Below are positions 36,481 to 50,800 of a DNA stretch of 63,544 nt, in pieces. Each line of letters starts with the position of its first letter. The stretch's first letter is position 1. The notes beneath the pieces were generated by a model. That model was given only the letters and a program-made list of their open reading frames with translations. It did not search any database and was not told the DNA's origin. This DNA is from Ionaspis alba (lineage: Eukaryota). Position numbers and translations under genes: made by a program. The stretch lies in NCBI GenBank assembly GCA_964255285.1, contig CAXUUL010000021.1, positions 1 to 63,544 on the forward strand. The letters run 5' to 3'.

Positions 36481-37738
36481 TCACTCGTCCTCGTCTTCGT
36501 CCTCCTCCTCGTCCTCTTCCTCTTCCTCCCCGTCTTCCTCCTCTTCCTCTTTGTTCTTCTCTTTCAGTCGCTGTTCGTCGCTCTTGGCCACTCGTACTGA
36601 CCCTGTGGAGCTACTTGGACGCAGATCCCTAGCAATCGCCTTAGCCTTGTATCCGCGTAGATTGTCTGTGTCATTCCATCGGAGTCCATTTGGATTGCCG
36701 TTTTTCTTAACGCACGCCGGGAAATGCTTTTGCACAGATTTAGCTCGTGAGAAGGTGCCACCGCAGAGGCTACATTTCCACTGGTAAAAAACTCCTTGGT
36801 TTTCCCTTTTCACTACTAGTGGAGGCTTGACTGGGGTGTCGTTTTTTGCAGGTGTTGCTTTCCCGCAATAGCCAGTGTACCCATCGACAATGTCATTGTT
36901 GGTGGCCGTGATCTACCAGTGGTTTTCAGTATCTTGTTCTAGCACAAGACAGGTCATGATTTACCTGAGTGTTTGTCACATTCTCGCTCTCGGACAGCTC
37001 GATTGTAGCATGACGAAAGTGCTGATCTGCCATCTGGAAGACTTCAGCTCCAACTCGTTCTGTTACATGAGCAATACAATACTACCTTTGTGACAGCATT
37101 CTCTTCCTCAAGTGATATGAGGCGAGCGACAGGTTCGCCGTCTTTTGGCGGGGCATATGTCTCGTACGCCCTAGCTTTGTTGCTGCTAAGTGGAGTCCAC
37201 TACGTGCACGATTTCTAGCATCAGCGGATGATGTTCCTTTCACCATATTTGTTGAAGTTTATTTAGACGCGTGAGTACTTACTTCTGTGGTTCCTGCAGG
37301 ATAGGATTGGGGCGGTGCTGCATAAGTGTACTGTACTTCAGTCTGACCTGTTATTGATTTGGTCCGCTGTTGAAACACTTGTCTGAATTCATGGACCGAG
37401 ACGATGCGATGTTGATAACCAACGAAAGGCGCCAGGTTATCGTGAAGCGGATCATTAAGCTGGTATTGACTTTCAGTGACTGAGGTGTTGCTCTCGTCGT
37501 TATACTGTCGCTGGTCATCGGTCTGCAACTGTTCGATCTGGAGATGCTGGCCATTTTGCGAAGCTTGGACTACATTTTCCTGCTGTACTTGTTCGTTGTT
37601 AAAGCTGAGTCCGTGGTGGTTATGACCGCTTGCCTCCGAAGAGCCATCTGTTGGATGCAAAATCATTGCGCCATCATCATCTTCTCGTGATTCATACAGA
37701 TTTGTTCCGGGAACCCAGTCCATAGATTCGTCTGGCAT
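36481..37738 (-). CDS. Orphan protein with a single C2HC zinc finger and acidic tail; exons 37738-37283, 37199-37086, 37033-36965, 36912-36481
   Basis: Three phase-0 GT-AG introns join the 159-aa and 110-aa ORFs through two open internal exons. Contains WKCSLCGGTFSRAKSVQKHFPAC and a poly-E/D C-terminus. Confidence 0.65.
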
Positions 37739-37867
37739 CGTAACGAGCTTTGATGTGGATGAATGCGAGCGCAGAGGAATACACAGTGAGCTCGGCTAGA
37801 CTTTGTTTACACAGTGATAACTAGGGAACAGGCAAGCAGTTCTGCCACTAACCCTCTGCTTGCCGCT

Positions 37868-38666
37868 TTACACCCTCTGTGGCCTCACCGCCTTCAGAAC
37901 CTCTCCTAGGTCTTTGACAATTACAGTTGGCTGGCCGTTTCCACCCTGCACGAGCTGATCTGTCCATCCATTTCCCGCTCGATCGACCCAAGCAGCTTGC
38001 ATCCCAACGGCACGACTACCTACTACATCAAAAGGATTCCCGCTGACAAGCCAGATCTCAGCCATTTCCTCCTTACTCTTCCTCTTTCCGACCTTTTCAG
38101 CAAGATGATAATACACTTCAGGGGCAGGCTTGAACCTCTTCACCTCCTCTACTGTCACGATCTGACTGAAAACTGAGACATAGGACTTGAGGTCTGGACT
38201 CGATTTCACCGACCCACCGACCATGCTTTCGGTTCCATTGGAAAAGACGACCGCACTGATGTTAACTTCTTTGGCAAGAGCCTCGAGAGCTGGCCCAACA
38301 TCCGGGAAGGCTGACAACGAGTCGTACGCTTTCATCAGGGACTCGGTATCTTTCTCATCTAACGCAAGGCCATGCTCAACGAGAGTGTGTTTCAGGGAGT
38401 TTCTCGTGATGCTTGAGAAAGGCTCATATGTACCTAGGGACCGTAAGTACAGATATGAGCCTGAGGGAATTGGTAGCCTAAGGGCGCACACCCATGCTAT
38501 TGAGCCTCCATGTATATTCAAGCTGATACCTTCTCCATAGTGTAGCTACTGATTTGCCTTTCTCTTCACCAAAATGCTTTGTCAACTCATGAGCAATTGA
38601 CTCTGTAGCCAGTAGGGTTCCGTAGAGATCAAATGCTACCACTATTTTTCTCGTCTCGGACGACAT
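37868..38666 (-). CDS. Haloacid dehalogenase type II (HAD superfamily); intron 38434-38491
   Basis: Motif I VAFDLYGTLL, WRRYQLEYTW, FSNGT, FKPAPEVY and VSGNPFDVVG. Confidence 0.92.
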
Positions 38667-39336
38667 TGTCTCGTCGATTCTTTCTGCAATTTGGAGGAAG
38701 AGAGAAGTGTATGCACAGATATTCGTAGAACTACGTCCTAATAAACCAATGAAATGTCAACTTAGTTCTTGAGTTAATGGAGTGAGAAATGGTTTATGCC
38801 TTGAATCTTCGTGAAGATCTCCTCTCTCATCCGGTCTACCGCCATGTAATGTCGTCGAATGGACTTCACGTCATAGCGTGCTTGATCCTACACAACACAC
38901 CAGCGGAACCATATCCCGATTTATATTATCAACACCGTTCTGGCACTTTTATGGACTGCAAATATTTTCGAGACGTATGAAAAAGACTGATATAAACAAA
39001 ATGGTCTTGAGCGCGTTGACGTCTTCCAGCACAAGCCAGAGCTGTCCCCTCAGCACAGCACAATCCCTAATATGCACACCCAATGCCTGGTCTCAATATC
39101 CACAAACAATTCCACAAACCCTAACCATCTAACCAGCCTCATGATCTCCTTTCCAACGCCGTAAAAGCCCAATCACCATGCGTGTACATACATCAAACAG
39201 CCGGCGATCCCGTGGTATCGTACGACACGACCCAGTAATGAGAAAATCCAACCCTTTGGGAATCATGACCAAAGCCCCCATCGCCCTTCCCATATCGTGA
39301 ACTCTCCTCGAAGCCGCAAACACACAGAAAACGCCA

Positions 39337-42300
39337 TTATGTTGCCTCCAAGCTCTCTGGACTGATCATCCCACCTTCATTAACCACTTCCGCCCTCTTC
39401 CCCTTCTCGCCCTTTCCCTGAATCACGTCCCCGTCATCCACTTCCCCTTCAGCGTCCTCATCTCGACTCTCTTCCCTCTCCATCCCAACACTACCCTGCC
39501 CTGTCCCAGCAGCAGAGTTGACGTTTGCACCCTTCGCTTTAGTAACACCCTTTCCAGTCTTCGTTTCCTTTCCCTCCAGGTCCTTAACGGGCACCCAGCC
39601 TTCGCCTTCGATCATGCGCATCTTCTTCCGCGGATGGCCCTTGCCAGGCCCCGGTTCACGTACCGGCTTCTTGCGTGGGCTGGAGATCTTGCCCGTAGGT
39701 GGCAACCGCGGTTTCGGGAACCGTTGTTTCTGAGGGAGGTCCTCGTCTTCGACTAAAGGTGCGTCATTGTTGGCTCGAAGTTTGGCCACAAAGAAGTTCT
39801 GGATGAGACCAATTTCATGGGGTAGAGATTGTAGAGTTAGAGGCGGATATAGAGGTGGAGGCTCGAAAGTCAGGGCTGTGGTGACGGTTGCACTATTGGA
39901 ACGTGTTAGCGTTGGATCTTGAGAGAAGAGAGAGAGGTGGTGGGACGTACTTGTTGTTCTGCGATGCTTGATACGCGCTGTGCATCCTATTTTGCAGTAG
40001 ATGCAACGGCACGCTCAAGCTTGCGAGTCCAAATTCTTTGTCTAATCCCAATTCCTTAAAGCCGAAGAAATCTTCATCTAAATCCTCTGCAAAATCACCA
40101 CCAACAAATTGATCACTTCCGTCGTTGAAAGCATTCACGCCGTCAGGACCAGCGTCCGAGGAGAGTGCCGGACGGAGTAGATCCGCTAGGTGTGACTTCA
40201 TCCTATCGTGAATAACGCCAAGCTTACCCGTCGTGCGGTCCACGTCATCTTTGACATAGCTTTCGAGCGCCTCGAGCTCGACTCCGTTGTCTTGTAAAAC
40301 CTGTAACACTGATTCTTCGGCAGTATATTTAGGTTGCCAAGTAGTTCTCTGCACTGTCGAACCAGGAATGATGGTCATCACAGGTTGTTTTGGCTTCTGC
40401 GTATAATCAAAGAGCGAAGAGGTAAGTCTAGTAAAATAGTCCCCGGCAATGTCTGTGATTGCTTCAAGCGCAGATGGCTGGAAATCCTCGAAACCTGCGT
40501 GGTAAAAGATCTTGGCTACAGAGCGTTGCATTGCGGCACGACAGATTGGCCGTGATAAGATAGGTTCGTCGTGCGAGACCGCTATAGGTTCGATGTCTCG
40601 GTCCACGAAAGGCTCAGGGTCGTATTTTTGGAACTGATTTTGATACATCTGAAAGCGATAGGTCAGCCACGTAAGTGATACAAAAATAGAATTAACCAAC
40701 CTGCGATTGCAGTTGCATCTGCTTCACGACCCCGATCTTGGTACAAACCTTCCTGGTCTCTTGTAGTTGCCGCATATTCGCCGCGACCTTCTTTGTGAAA
40801 GTGCTCTCCGGTGTTTTGAACAAACCTCCCGGTACGATTCTCAAGAACTCTTCTGTTGGCGGTTGAACATGGCCTTCACCATCCTCGATCCATTGCATAC
40901 GTCTCGGTACCTCTGGTATGGCTGCCAAGGCGTCGTAGTAGTCAGGTAGTACTCTCTCCTCTGCCCCTTCCATACCCTCTGCCAGAGTCTCGCCGCTTGG
41001 TTCTGCTTCGCCATCGTCGGTCATGTCCCTTTTCCGTTTACCCAGAACACTGGTGACCTCGGCTTCACGCTGCTTTCGCAGCCATCTTCTCATACCAGCT
41101 TTTGTTCGCAGCAAAGCTGGCTCATCGGCGATGAGATGATCTCCTTTGAACAAACGGTGTCTTTCAGCAGCGACGAGAGCTCGGTCCTTTTTGGTGACCT
41201 GTTTCCAGGTTTTGAATTCCAAGTCATCATAGTCCGCCTCATGTCCGCCTAAAGGGCCAATACCATTAACAGAAGTACCAAAACCATCGATATCCATGGA
41301 ATCAACCTGGCTACTGACAGCCGCACTTGTGACACCATTGATACCAGCAGGTGTCATAGTCCCTGGAGGTGGAGTCGACAGCCCATTTTGACTTCCTTCC
41401 ATGGCAGCGTCGGAGTCTGCTCTCAGGAGCTCATGTCTTAGGGCAGTACTGGATCCATTCAAGGAGCTGTGAGTAATGGGTGTTACCTCCACACCCGGTG
41501 TACCTTCGTGAGCTCCTGGAGGTGCTTTTCTGGGAGCTGCGCCTTTCTTTGCTTTCTTTCCTGGAGCTTTCCGGCCTCTGGAAGAGATGATAGGCTCATC
41601 ATCACTGTCTTCAGCACCATCAAGATCGCCTTCAGCGTTATGCAGACGTCGCTCTTCTGCTTCGACTTCGGCACGGTCTCGAATGACGATATCAGGAATC
41701 AAGGGAACGAGCTTCTCAGTTTCTTTCCTCATAAATAGAGCGTGTTTGCGAAGATAATGTGCAGGGTCAGCATTATACTTGAGACAATTTGCCCAGATGA
41801 GATTCAAGTCTTCGACAAATTCTTGCTTCGACTTGTACTGAACGCCCTTGAGCTTTTTAGTCATGGTACTAAGATCCATGGGATGCTTAATGACTGCATA
41901 TCGTGGTCAGCACAATAATTCTTGATACCAACTGCCTTGATACCCACTGTTATAATAGTCCGGCGCTTCGCGCTTGTTAACCCTTTGCAGGAATGGCTGA
42001 GAATGCTCCGTCATCGCCTTGACTTCACTGAGGACCTTCTCCGCCGCTTCATACAGTTCCTCCTGTCCAACCTTTTCCTCGCTCGCCCATTTACTTCTGT
42101 TCTTCTTGACTTCAATCATGAGATTTCTCAGTTCTTGATCCGACGCGAGGACTTTGTCCCGACTCGCATCGATCCGCGCAATCAGATGTTTCAGCACTAG
42201 GCTCGAAGCTCCGAGATTGGCTTGGCTTAAGGTTCCTTCCGTGGCATTATTGGCAGCAGCATTTCCATGGCCAGACATCTCCACATCGACTTGTCGATCA

Positions 42301-43013
42301 GACTCCTCGAGCCTTTGCTGTTCGAGCATTGCATCCCTATCATTATCGATAGGGTAGAACAGAGTATGAAAACTGCGCTTTGCGGCATCTTCAGCAGCCT
42401 TTTTGTTCTCTTCTAGTCGCTTTCGTGCATCCTCGGACGTCTTTCCCTGCCATTGTGATGTTGGACCTTGTATGCTTGTGAGAGCTGGGCTAAGTGGCAT
42501 GCCAGGCTTCTTGATCGGAGACGAGACTCTGGGAATTGTGGTTGCGCCGGTGCTCCTAGCTTTAAGAGGGGACACATTTGCAGCAGGCTCTTCATCTTCA
42601 TCCTCCGAGTCATCATAGTTGTCTTCATCGATGATTCTGGCGGCCTTCTTGGGCACCTTCTTAGCCTGTGCAGATTCCGCCGCGTCTTCCACTCCTTTCA
42701 CATGTTCCTTAACCTCCCTTGCTTTCCCCACGGTTTTCGTTGTATCGCCATCTTGCTTGCCAAATAGCCCTTCCAACGCTGATTCGCTACGAACAAACAG
42801 GTCGTGGAAGAGGGCGGTTTTCTGGTCATCTTCGATGGTAAGCTCCGCTTCCGGCGCATTACCAAATTGGGAAGCATTGGAGGGTTCTGGGAGCAGATTC
42901 GGAGTTCTTGATCGCGAATAGCCGCGATGAAAGCCATTGACAAGCAGCGCGTTGCCTGCAACGTTGTGGGAAGCGTTCTGCGTCGAGTTGATATGGTTTG
43001 CGAGCGGCGACAT
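39337..43013 (-). CDS. SPT7: SAGA complex bromodomain subunit Spt7; introns 41894-41947, 40649-40700, 39893-39950
   Basis: [18 protein letters not shown]; bromodomain [23 protein letters not shown]...IWANCLKYN; histone-fold region ([13 protein letters not shown]); [16 protein letters not shown]. Confidence 0.95.
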
Positions 43014-43502
43014 CTCTCATCACCCCTCGCCCACCTAACCGACAGGGGTGGGCTCCACGGTGGAAGCCGTCACCTATAATTCGGATGGAGGTGTCGCCGA
43101 TCAGGTAAATTGGCACTGAGGGATAGCTGACATGCTGCCGAGCTGAAAGCACGACTTTTCAAGAGCAAAATCGATGGAATACGGTTGAAACTTGATGGAG
43201 CAGTTTGTCGCGATTTGCTGCGGAACTGGTCGTGGAGGTGACATGAGGTTCTCAGTACCAGCCCATAAGGCGTAGCGATCGGAGGCAAATGCACCGAACC
43301 TCCGGTGAAGAAGCCTTGGGCTTGGCTAAAGGGCAAAGATCTGGTCAAAAGGTAATTCACGCCGCGAGCTTTGCAAGAGCATTGGAAAACTCTGCTCCTA
43401 AGCAGCTTGGAGCTCTGAAGTCAGAAATGCCCATCTGAACATCTGTTCGACGGCGGGAACCCAGAGAGCGCTTCCATTCGTCCATCTCGACCTTTCTCCA
43501 TC

Positions 43503-44169
43503 ATGCGTATCAGATACCCGTTCGCCGGTCAGTTGCTCTCACATGCCACATGGAAGGCCATTCAGCATGTTGATATCTTCAATCTAGGAGTCTTCGTACT
43601 TATCCTCATTGTTCTGGGCTATCTTCGTCTCACAACTCTCCAAATATCTGCCATAAATGACAAAGTTCTCCATTTCCTCGCCTTCTTTCTCTTGACAGTA
43701 CAGCTCTTGCTCTCCATTATTTCTAGTTTAATGCTGAACCTAATGACAGCTGACCTTCTATTGGGCGCTCGACATCCCGCGACGGCTTCTTCTAAAAGTC
43801 ACTTTCTTTTGCATCACTCTTCTCCTGTCGCTAGCGTCCGAAGCCTTCCAATACTTCATCCCAAACGATCGAGCCTTCGATCTTTTCAACGAAGTCGCCA
43901 ATATCGTGGGGTCCGTTTTAGCTCTCGCTCTATGTGCTTGGTATCATAAGCGTATGCTCGAACGCAAGCGGCGACGGAAATTAGAGGGCTACGGGCTCGT
44001 AAGCGTCGGTGACGGCGAGGAGGACGTGGAGCTTGGCGAAAGTGGGCAGGAGACAGGCATCACCGACGTAAGGGAGAGCGAGGACGACGGTGGAGAGGCG
44101 TGGGATGAGATTGGGGGGAGTGAAGGGGATGAGGGATCCGGACGGCAAACGAAGGTCGATGCGAGTTGA
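43503..44169 (+). CDS. Small VanZ-like membrane protein; introns 43528-43587, 43698-43749
   Basis: Spliced product MRIRYPFAG...INDKVLHFLAFFLLTLTFYWALD...SEAFQYFIPNDRAFDLFNEVANIVGS shows the VanZ-type DKxxH / E..Q...R.FD....AN..G pattern. Confidence 0.8.
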
Positions 44170-44668
44170 CTTGTCAGAAGCGTCCGAACAGGGTGGCGTT
44201 TGGAGGTGTATTATATGGCGTCAACAATAGGTGTTACGAACAGCGGTTTGACTGCATGACAATTCTATTTGCAAACATTCGCTATAGACCGGCGTGGTAT
44301 TAGCTCACCCCATGATGGTTGTAGACGTTCTAACAATATAACAACGTGCATGTAACGCTCAGATATGAAATGAATCGCTGAAGGCTCGCCGGAAAATAGA
44401 ATGAACATGGGTATCGTCTAGAAGATAAGTCTGACAATGCTGCCACCAAAACTGTTACAAAATAAATAATATACAAGAAGTTAGTGATCGTCTGGGCGGC
44501 TAGAAAGCCATCGATGCACGGCGATCCATCACCAAACAACGGCATAAAAAAGGACTCCTGCGACAAAGGCCAAAAAGCCCAGGGAGGTACGGCTTTCCCA
44601 CAAGGTCCGTTGCAAAACACCAAAGCGCATGTGCCCTACCCTTAATCAGACACGCTCAGAAGGCAGGT

Positions 44669-46089
44669 CTAGGGTGTCTGCGGGGTCTTGCCTTCGCTCG
44701 AGGAGCCTTCCTTCTCTGAGGTATGGCTAGATCGTGATCTTGACCTAGATTTGCCCCTCAAGAAAACCTTTCTGATGCCTTTAGATAACCTCATGACCTT
44801 CGGCGAGGGTTCACCGCCAGCTGTTGGTAGCTTCTCTACCGCCAGATTCTCCTTGTCGACAGGCGTCTGGGATTGCAGCTTGTCTTGCCGTTTTCGATAC
44901 TCCTCCCGGAGAAGATCGTAGAGAAGCAAGTACTGAGAATCGCTCTGCACCATGAATACCCGCTGTTCGCGTAGTCGATTGACGCACTCGAAGATAGGGT
45001 CAACACCATCGTTGATTTTGTCGATGTTGCCGGAGTCCAGTTCCGTCAGAAGGTGCTCGAGGGCAATAAATGTTCCTGACCGACCGACGCCGGCACTACA
45101 GTGGACAACACGAGGGTGTGATATGGGCCCATTCTTTTCCCTTGAAAGTTTGATGAGCTCTAGCAAAGCTGCACGATCCTCATTCTCTGGGACACCAAAG
45201 TCTGGCCATGCAAGAAAGAGTAAATGCCATACCGTTTTCCTCTGCCCGTCGCGGGACAGCTCGAGTTCTCGTATGGTTGTCTTCGAAGCTTCGTCATAGG
45301 TCGAATCGACTAACTTGACACAGCCTTGGAGTTCGTCACCAGCTTCATTGGTCATGTTAACGGCAAATTCGGCGCCTGTACCTTCCGGATAGTATTGGAA
45401 GCATTTCTCCATGTTGCCGTCTACAAGCTGGGTGAGCATCACGATCACAGCGACTGAATCTGTTTCCTGCCATATCATTTGCCAGAAATGACTGAGGCCG
45501 GTTTCTTTTGGTCCCTATGGAGGGCAATAATCAGTCATTGCATCTCCAGTGCTGGCTGATCGTCTTACCTGAGTAGCAATGTACTTCGTTTCCTTACCAG
45601 ACCTCGAGCAGCACAGAACAATCGGTGAAGCATTAATGTAATCGTTCGTTCCTTGCGGGACTTGCAAATGAATGCGAGAGTTCGCCCATGGCCAGACGTT
45701 GTCATATCGGTTCCGCAGCTTGATTTCTTGACCCGTGAGATATGCCCATCTAGACGTCGGATCTCGATTGTTCCTAGCTTCGGAGATGCGCATCGACTGC
45801 TGCCATAGCAGGTCTTGAAATTTAGTTCGGATTTCTACGACTGGTTAGAGGTGTTGTCCCGCATGCTGCAGGCTCGCGTATGCCAGCCGCTACCAGTAGG
45901 GAAATGGGCCCGAGTGCACTTACCAGTGGTCGATTGGCGGAGAAATGCAGGTAGGCTAGGGTCACTTCTGTAGTCGTTCTCATTCGAGGATTCTGGGACT
46001 GGTGTCGAAGGTGCTGATCCATCGTTGTCTGACGGTCGGGTGCGCTTGGAGGCGGATCTCGTTGGCCCGTTTTGGGGAGATGCATACAT
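44669..46089 (-). CDS. Classical protein tyrosine phosphatase (Ptp1-like); introns 45835-45923, 45515-45568
   Basis: RNRY, DYINAS, YIATQ|GP, WPDFGVP, VHCSAGVGRSG, and Q-loop MVQSDSQY. Confidence 0.93.
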
Positions 46090-47867
46090 GGTTGATAGGC
46101 CACAATAACGATCGGGTACCAATAATGTAACAAGAAAAGAAAATATTAGAGCTCGAACAGGAAGTCGACGAAGGAAAGTAAGCTTTGTCCCGGCGTGGAT
46201 TTCTCTTACGAGGTGTTGTTATGTGGTGGAGCGGCGGTGCACAATCCTGACAGAACCAGGACTTTAAACCTGTCAGAAGCGTGGCAAACGTGGACTTGTT
46301 TAGAATTCCAGTGATGGCGGAAGAAACATGACTTGGAACGATGCCATTGCGAGCATTGGTGAATGCGACGCTTTCCAGTCACACGTTCGCTGCAACGGTT
46401 GTTCCAAAATGTGACGAACACGAAGGCCAGCAGGAAGCAAAGGCGATCAGCAGAACTTTCAAAGCTGGAAGTCCCTTAGACCAGACATATGTTAGCCATC
46501 CAGATAAGCGGTTGACACAATCTTTCGTCTGGCTTGCTTGGTTCTTCAAGATTCGGTATCTGGATAGGGGATTGCCTGTCGCTTCCCGAAATAGAAATGT
46601 CGACATTCTTATCCGCTATTGGTATTCGACCCCAGAATATCATCTCATTCGCCACACGTCATGACCAAGCAGTCATAGAATTCGCTGGCTCCATCTCTAT
46701 GCAATACTTGTATTTCCTGAAGGATATGTATGTTCGCTTTCAACTTTGGTATTGATCCGATGGTCCAACGATAATGTGGGTTCGGGTATTGGAGGTGCGC
46801 TGACTACGAACATACCCCTAGAATGCGCATGCTGGGCTGATGTATAGTTCTAGGCATGGCTTACAGCTCGAGTCAGTACACTTCAGTCTGTCCGGATCCA
46901 ATACTATTGGCATGAGGCTCACCATGATCTCAGCTTCTCCAAAGTCCAAGCTTCCACCGAGCCGTACAGAACGTGCACAAAAGGGTACGGCACGTCAGAC
47001 ATGGCAAGGACCCTGAAGAAATGGGTGGAACCAACATAGACGGTCAAACTAAGCATCCAGGAACACTCAAGGATTTCATACTGATGGTGAGGGCAGATCC
47101 GAACGCGAAAAGATATGTCGACCATTTCGTCGAGGAGATCAAGGAGCAATTCCGGAGTGGCTCCTCAAACAAGAAATAGGTGTGGGATAAGCATCGGTTT
47201 CCATGCACAGGGACATAGCATCGTTTCGGGTTCGGCAAGTTATGGGTTATGATGTTTACGAAGCTCGAATATCAAAGCTAGGAGACATGAGAGCTTTACG
47301 TGGAAAACCGATGACCCACTATCGTTCTCAGCATTATGACCCCTTCCAACTCTCTCACAAGCTATTACCAATTTCGACGCTGCACGGATATAAGATTGGG
47401 CTTATTCGACCATTACCATGTCATTTGGCTCTCATTCATTCCGAAGAGAAAAGTACTGGATACGCACGAAGCGATAATAATGCCTCCAGGTCGACTTCGT
47501 ATTCAACTATTGATGTATACAAACTGTGATCTCTGATCTTCGTGATGGATGATCACCACCAACGAGTGTGAAACCACTCACAATTCAGTCGATTAATAAA
47601 ATTTCACCTCCTAAATTTGATCGTTGAGCACGGACTGTGACCACATTTCATCCGTGGGACGAAGTCGAAGAGCATCGAGCATTGAGCGCTAGAAAGACTC
47701 TTCTTTGAGCTCCTATGAAGAGACGATAAGCTGCGATGCAATACTAATTCCTGCTATTCGATGACGCCCTGAATGCAACCAATCCGTGTAAAATCCTTCA
47801 AATGCTTTGATTCCTAGCGCCTTCCATCGTTGAGACCACTGAACTCTCTCCACAACCTCACTATTCA

Positions 47868-50800
47868 TCACCTCATTGCCCCTAGAGTCCCGTCCACAAC
47901 CTCCTTCAACATCTTTAAACCATGTATACCGGCCACATTCTTCAAAACTTTCAACGTTTCCACAACCCCCCCCCTGCTCACATTTTCAACCCAAACACCG
48001 CTGCATGCACAATGCTCCATAAATTCATTTACCCGGATACCGCCACATTTCTTACACTTTAAGTCTTGTGTGCTCCACTCCACGACCACCTTTTCCACCC
48101 TGGCAATCAGCCGCTCCTCGATTTCGAGCCGAGAAAACTCTACTTGACAGTGCAGGCATCGCCAAGGCCTTTGCGCAGGCAAGTTCGAGGTGCCAGGGAC
48201 ACCTGGATCTGGCAATAAATCCTCATCTCGACAGAGCTCCAGCGTACGTGGAATCGTGCACTCGGCGCATGCGACATCAATCTCGCACTGCGCACTTGGG
48301 TCGGTGAATCTCGCCTCCTGACTGAATTCGCGGATCTCGAAGAGAGCTAGCAATTCCTTGCGGAGAGCACGAATCTCGAGATTCAGGGATTTGTCTAGCG
48401 CGAAGACGTGCATGAGTGACTTCACAAGTTGAAGGACTGGGTTCACATTGTGTAGAGCAAGATGGGAGCCAGGTAGCACGGGGTATTCGTGCTCATCAGC
48501 TAGGGTCGGGTGTGCATGTTCGGCACGGTGACGGGAAAGCAAGGCGAGTAGACGTCGTTTGATAGGCTTGGATATTGTGGAGTTGAGAGCGGACACTGTG
48601 GAGGCGGGTGTGTCGTCAGCGTCATCTGCGGTAGAGCCAATTCGGTGGTTGGCTGGAAGCTGGGTCAGTCGGTGTGTGCCAGAGGCTTGACTGGAAGAGG
48701 CAATGCGAGGGCGTTTGAGCTCGTGCATGAGGGTGATAAATTCGGTAACCCAATCGTGGAAGTCACGCTGATACACTGGTGGAAGGAAGGTGCTGAGTTG
48801 CCAGTGCATGATTGTATCCAACGTTTGCGCTTCCGCTTCGACCACTTCCTGGCATGCTTTGCCGCCATAGTTGAAGTCGTCGTACCAGATGAGATAGTCC
48901 CAATACTCCTTGATCTCGAGGTCGAGAAGGTGGAAAAGAGGTTTGGCTTTGATAGATTTGAGAATATACTGGCTGTAAGCGTATGCATTGCCAACCTCTG
49001 CTTTCGTGGTTTGAAGCAGTAGACGACTGGAGTTGGCGAAGATGACGTGCGACCCCACACGCTTGAAATCTGTCATCAGCTGTTGAAAGGCTTTGCGGGA
49101 CATCATCTGCACATAGTAGTGAAGCGAGCGGTCATAGAGGAAGGAGCCTGGATTTCCGACCCAGCGTACAAGATTTTGAACCATGACGTCTGCCATGCCG
49201 CTTCCCTTACAGGCTTCTGTCTGCCAGGCTTTTACCATCTCCTTAAGAACTGTCACTCCAGCAGATGTGAACGCGTTCTCCGAGTATAGTACACCCGTGC
49301 CATTGGAAGCGTCTCCTTCACTTGGTCCGGCAGGGTTGAACGTGACTGAGTCACTACCCTCGAGCTCGTTGATCAGCGAAGACGTGAGTATAGTGTTGAC
49401 CGCCAAGTTTTTGATGTCCAATTCAATACAGACAGAAGAATAAGTGCCAGGATTATTGACAGCCGGCATATTGACAGTCTCCATGGGCCCTAGGACGTCA
49501 TCTTTTTCGAAACCACCATGGTCTGGTCGTGGACCTCCTGACCACCACAAGACGACGTTACTCTTCTGTAATCGTCTCGCATAGGCAACGTCTATCAAGA
49601 AAAGTGGGTCGTCCTTTTCCAAATTGCAGATGGGAATGTCTCCATATTTAGCTAACTCCACTAGATGTGAGATCCAAGAGCCGAAACTCAGGTAATGCGT
49701 CGACAGTCTTTTTATAATTACCGATTGCCAGCCCAGTGGCGGTAGAGAAACATCTGCGATGTCGTTCTTGAGAGGTAAAATTGGGAGGTCTTTCAATGAT
49801 GGTATATCATGGACCAGAGCTCGCCTATGAGGTGACTGCATGACGAGCATCATAGGCTGAGTCTCGTCTTTACACACCTTTTTGAGAGCGTCGCCTAGCT
49901 CGAGATGAGCCTTTCTCCTTGTTGTGACTTGCGTGATCTTGAAGTGAATATTGGGTTGGTAGTCGAAGTTGTGCTGCCATTGCTCTCCACCATTCTCTTC
50001 TAACTTGCGACCGAGCTGCTCCGAGTAAATCTTGTCAGCGTTGGGAAGACCTTGAGTGTCCTTCGATCGGCTGAGGACGATGATGTGTGCTTCATCCTTG
50101 TTCGTGGAGAATAGGGCGAAAACTTGACGCTCACCGGCGACGACGTGATAGAGGAAGTAGTATCCTAAGACGACTCGAGATAGGTATGGCTCTTTCGCGG
50201 GTGTTCTCCTCAGAGTTGGAAGATCAAAGCCATGTTCTAAGCCTCGACCTAAAACGCCAGGCTGTGTCTCGTCGAAAGTACACAGATTACCCAGGTCTAG
50301 CACTGCGCGTACAGCTGGTGGGACTTGCTTTTCATAGACGCCTTCAACGCTAGGATGATTGAAGAGATACGCAAGCTTCTGCGACTCATTGATATAAATG
50401 TCCTCCGGCATAGTGAGCTTGAACAAATGAACCGAAGGATGTCCATTTGGGAGTGTATGAGTGACTTTTTCTACAGCGCATCCAGCAATCTCAACATCCG
50501 GTAGATCTTTGCCTTTCAGATTCAAGAACACCTGACGAGGGACCTTGACCTTCAGCATATGCACTTTCTTGTCAATCAAAATGAATGCTTTCACGATTCC
50601 TGGCGTATCTGATTCTTGGAGCTGTAGTACTTGCCAAGTGTTGGTGAAGAGCAGTTCTGCCTGATTCCGGAAGAGTCCACCTAAGGTATCGGATGCTGCG
50701 TTGCTTCGCTCCCCAAAGAGTTGTTTCCGCCTTATACGGGCTTGCTTCTGGATTTTCCACTTCTTCTTCTGGTATCTCAGGAAGCCTGCATAATCCTCGG

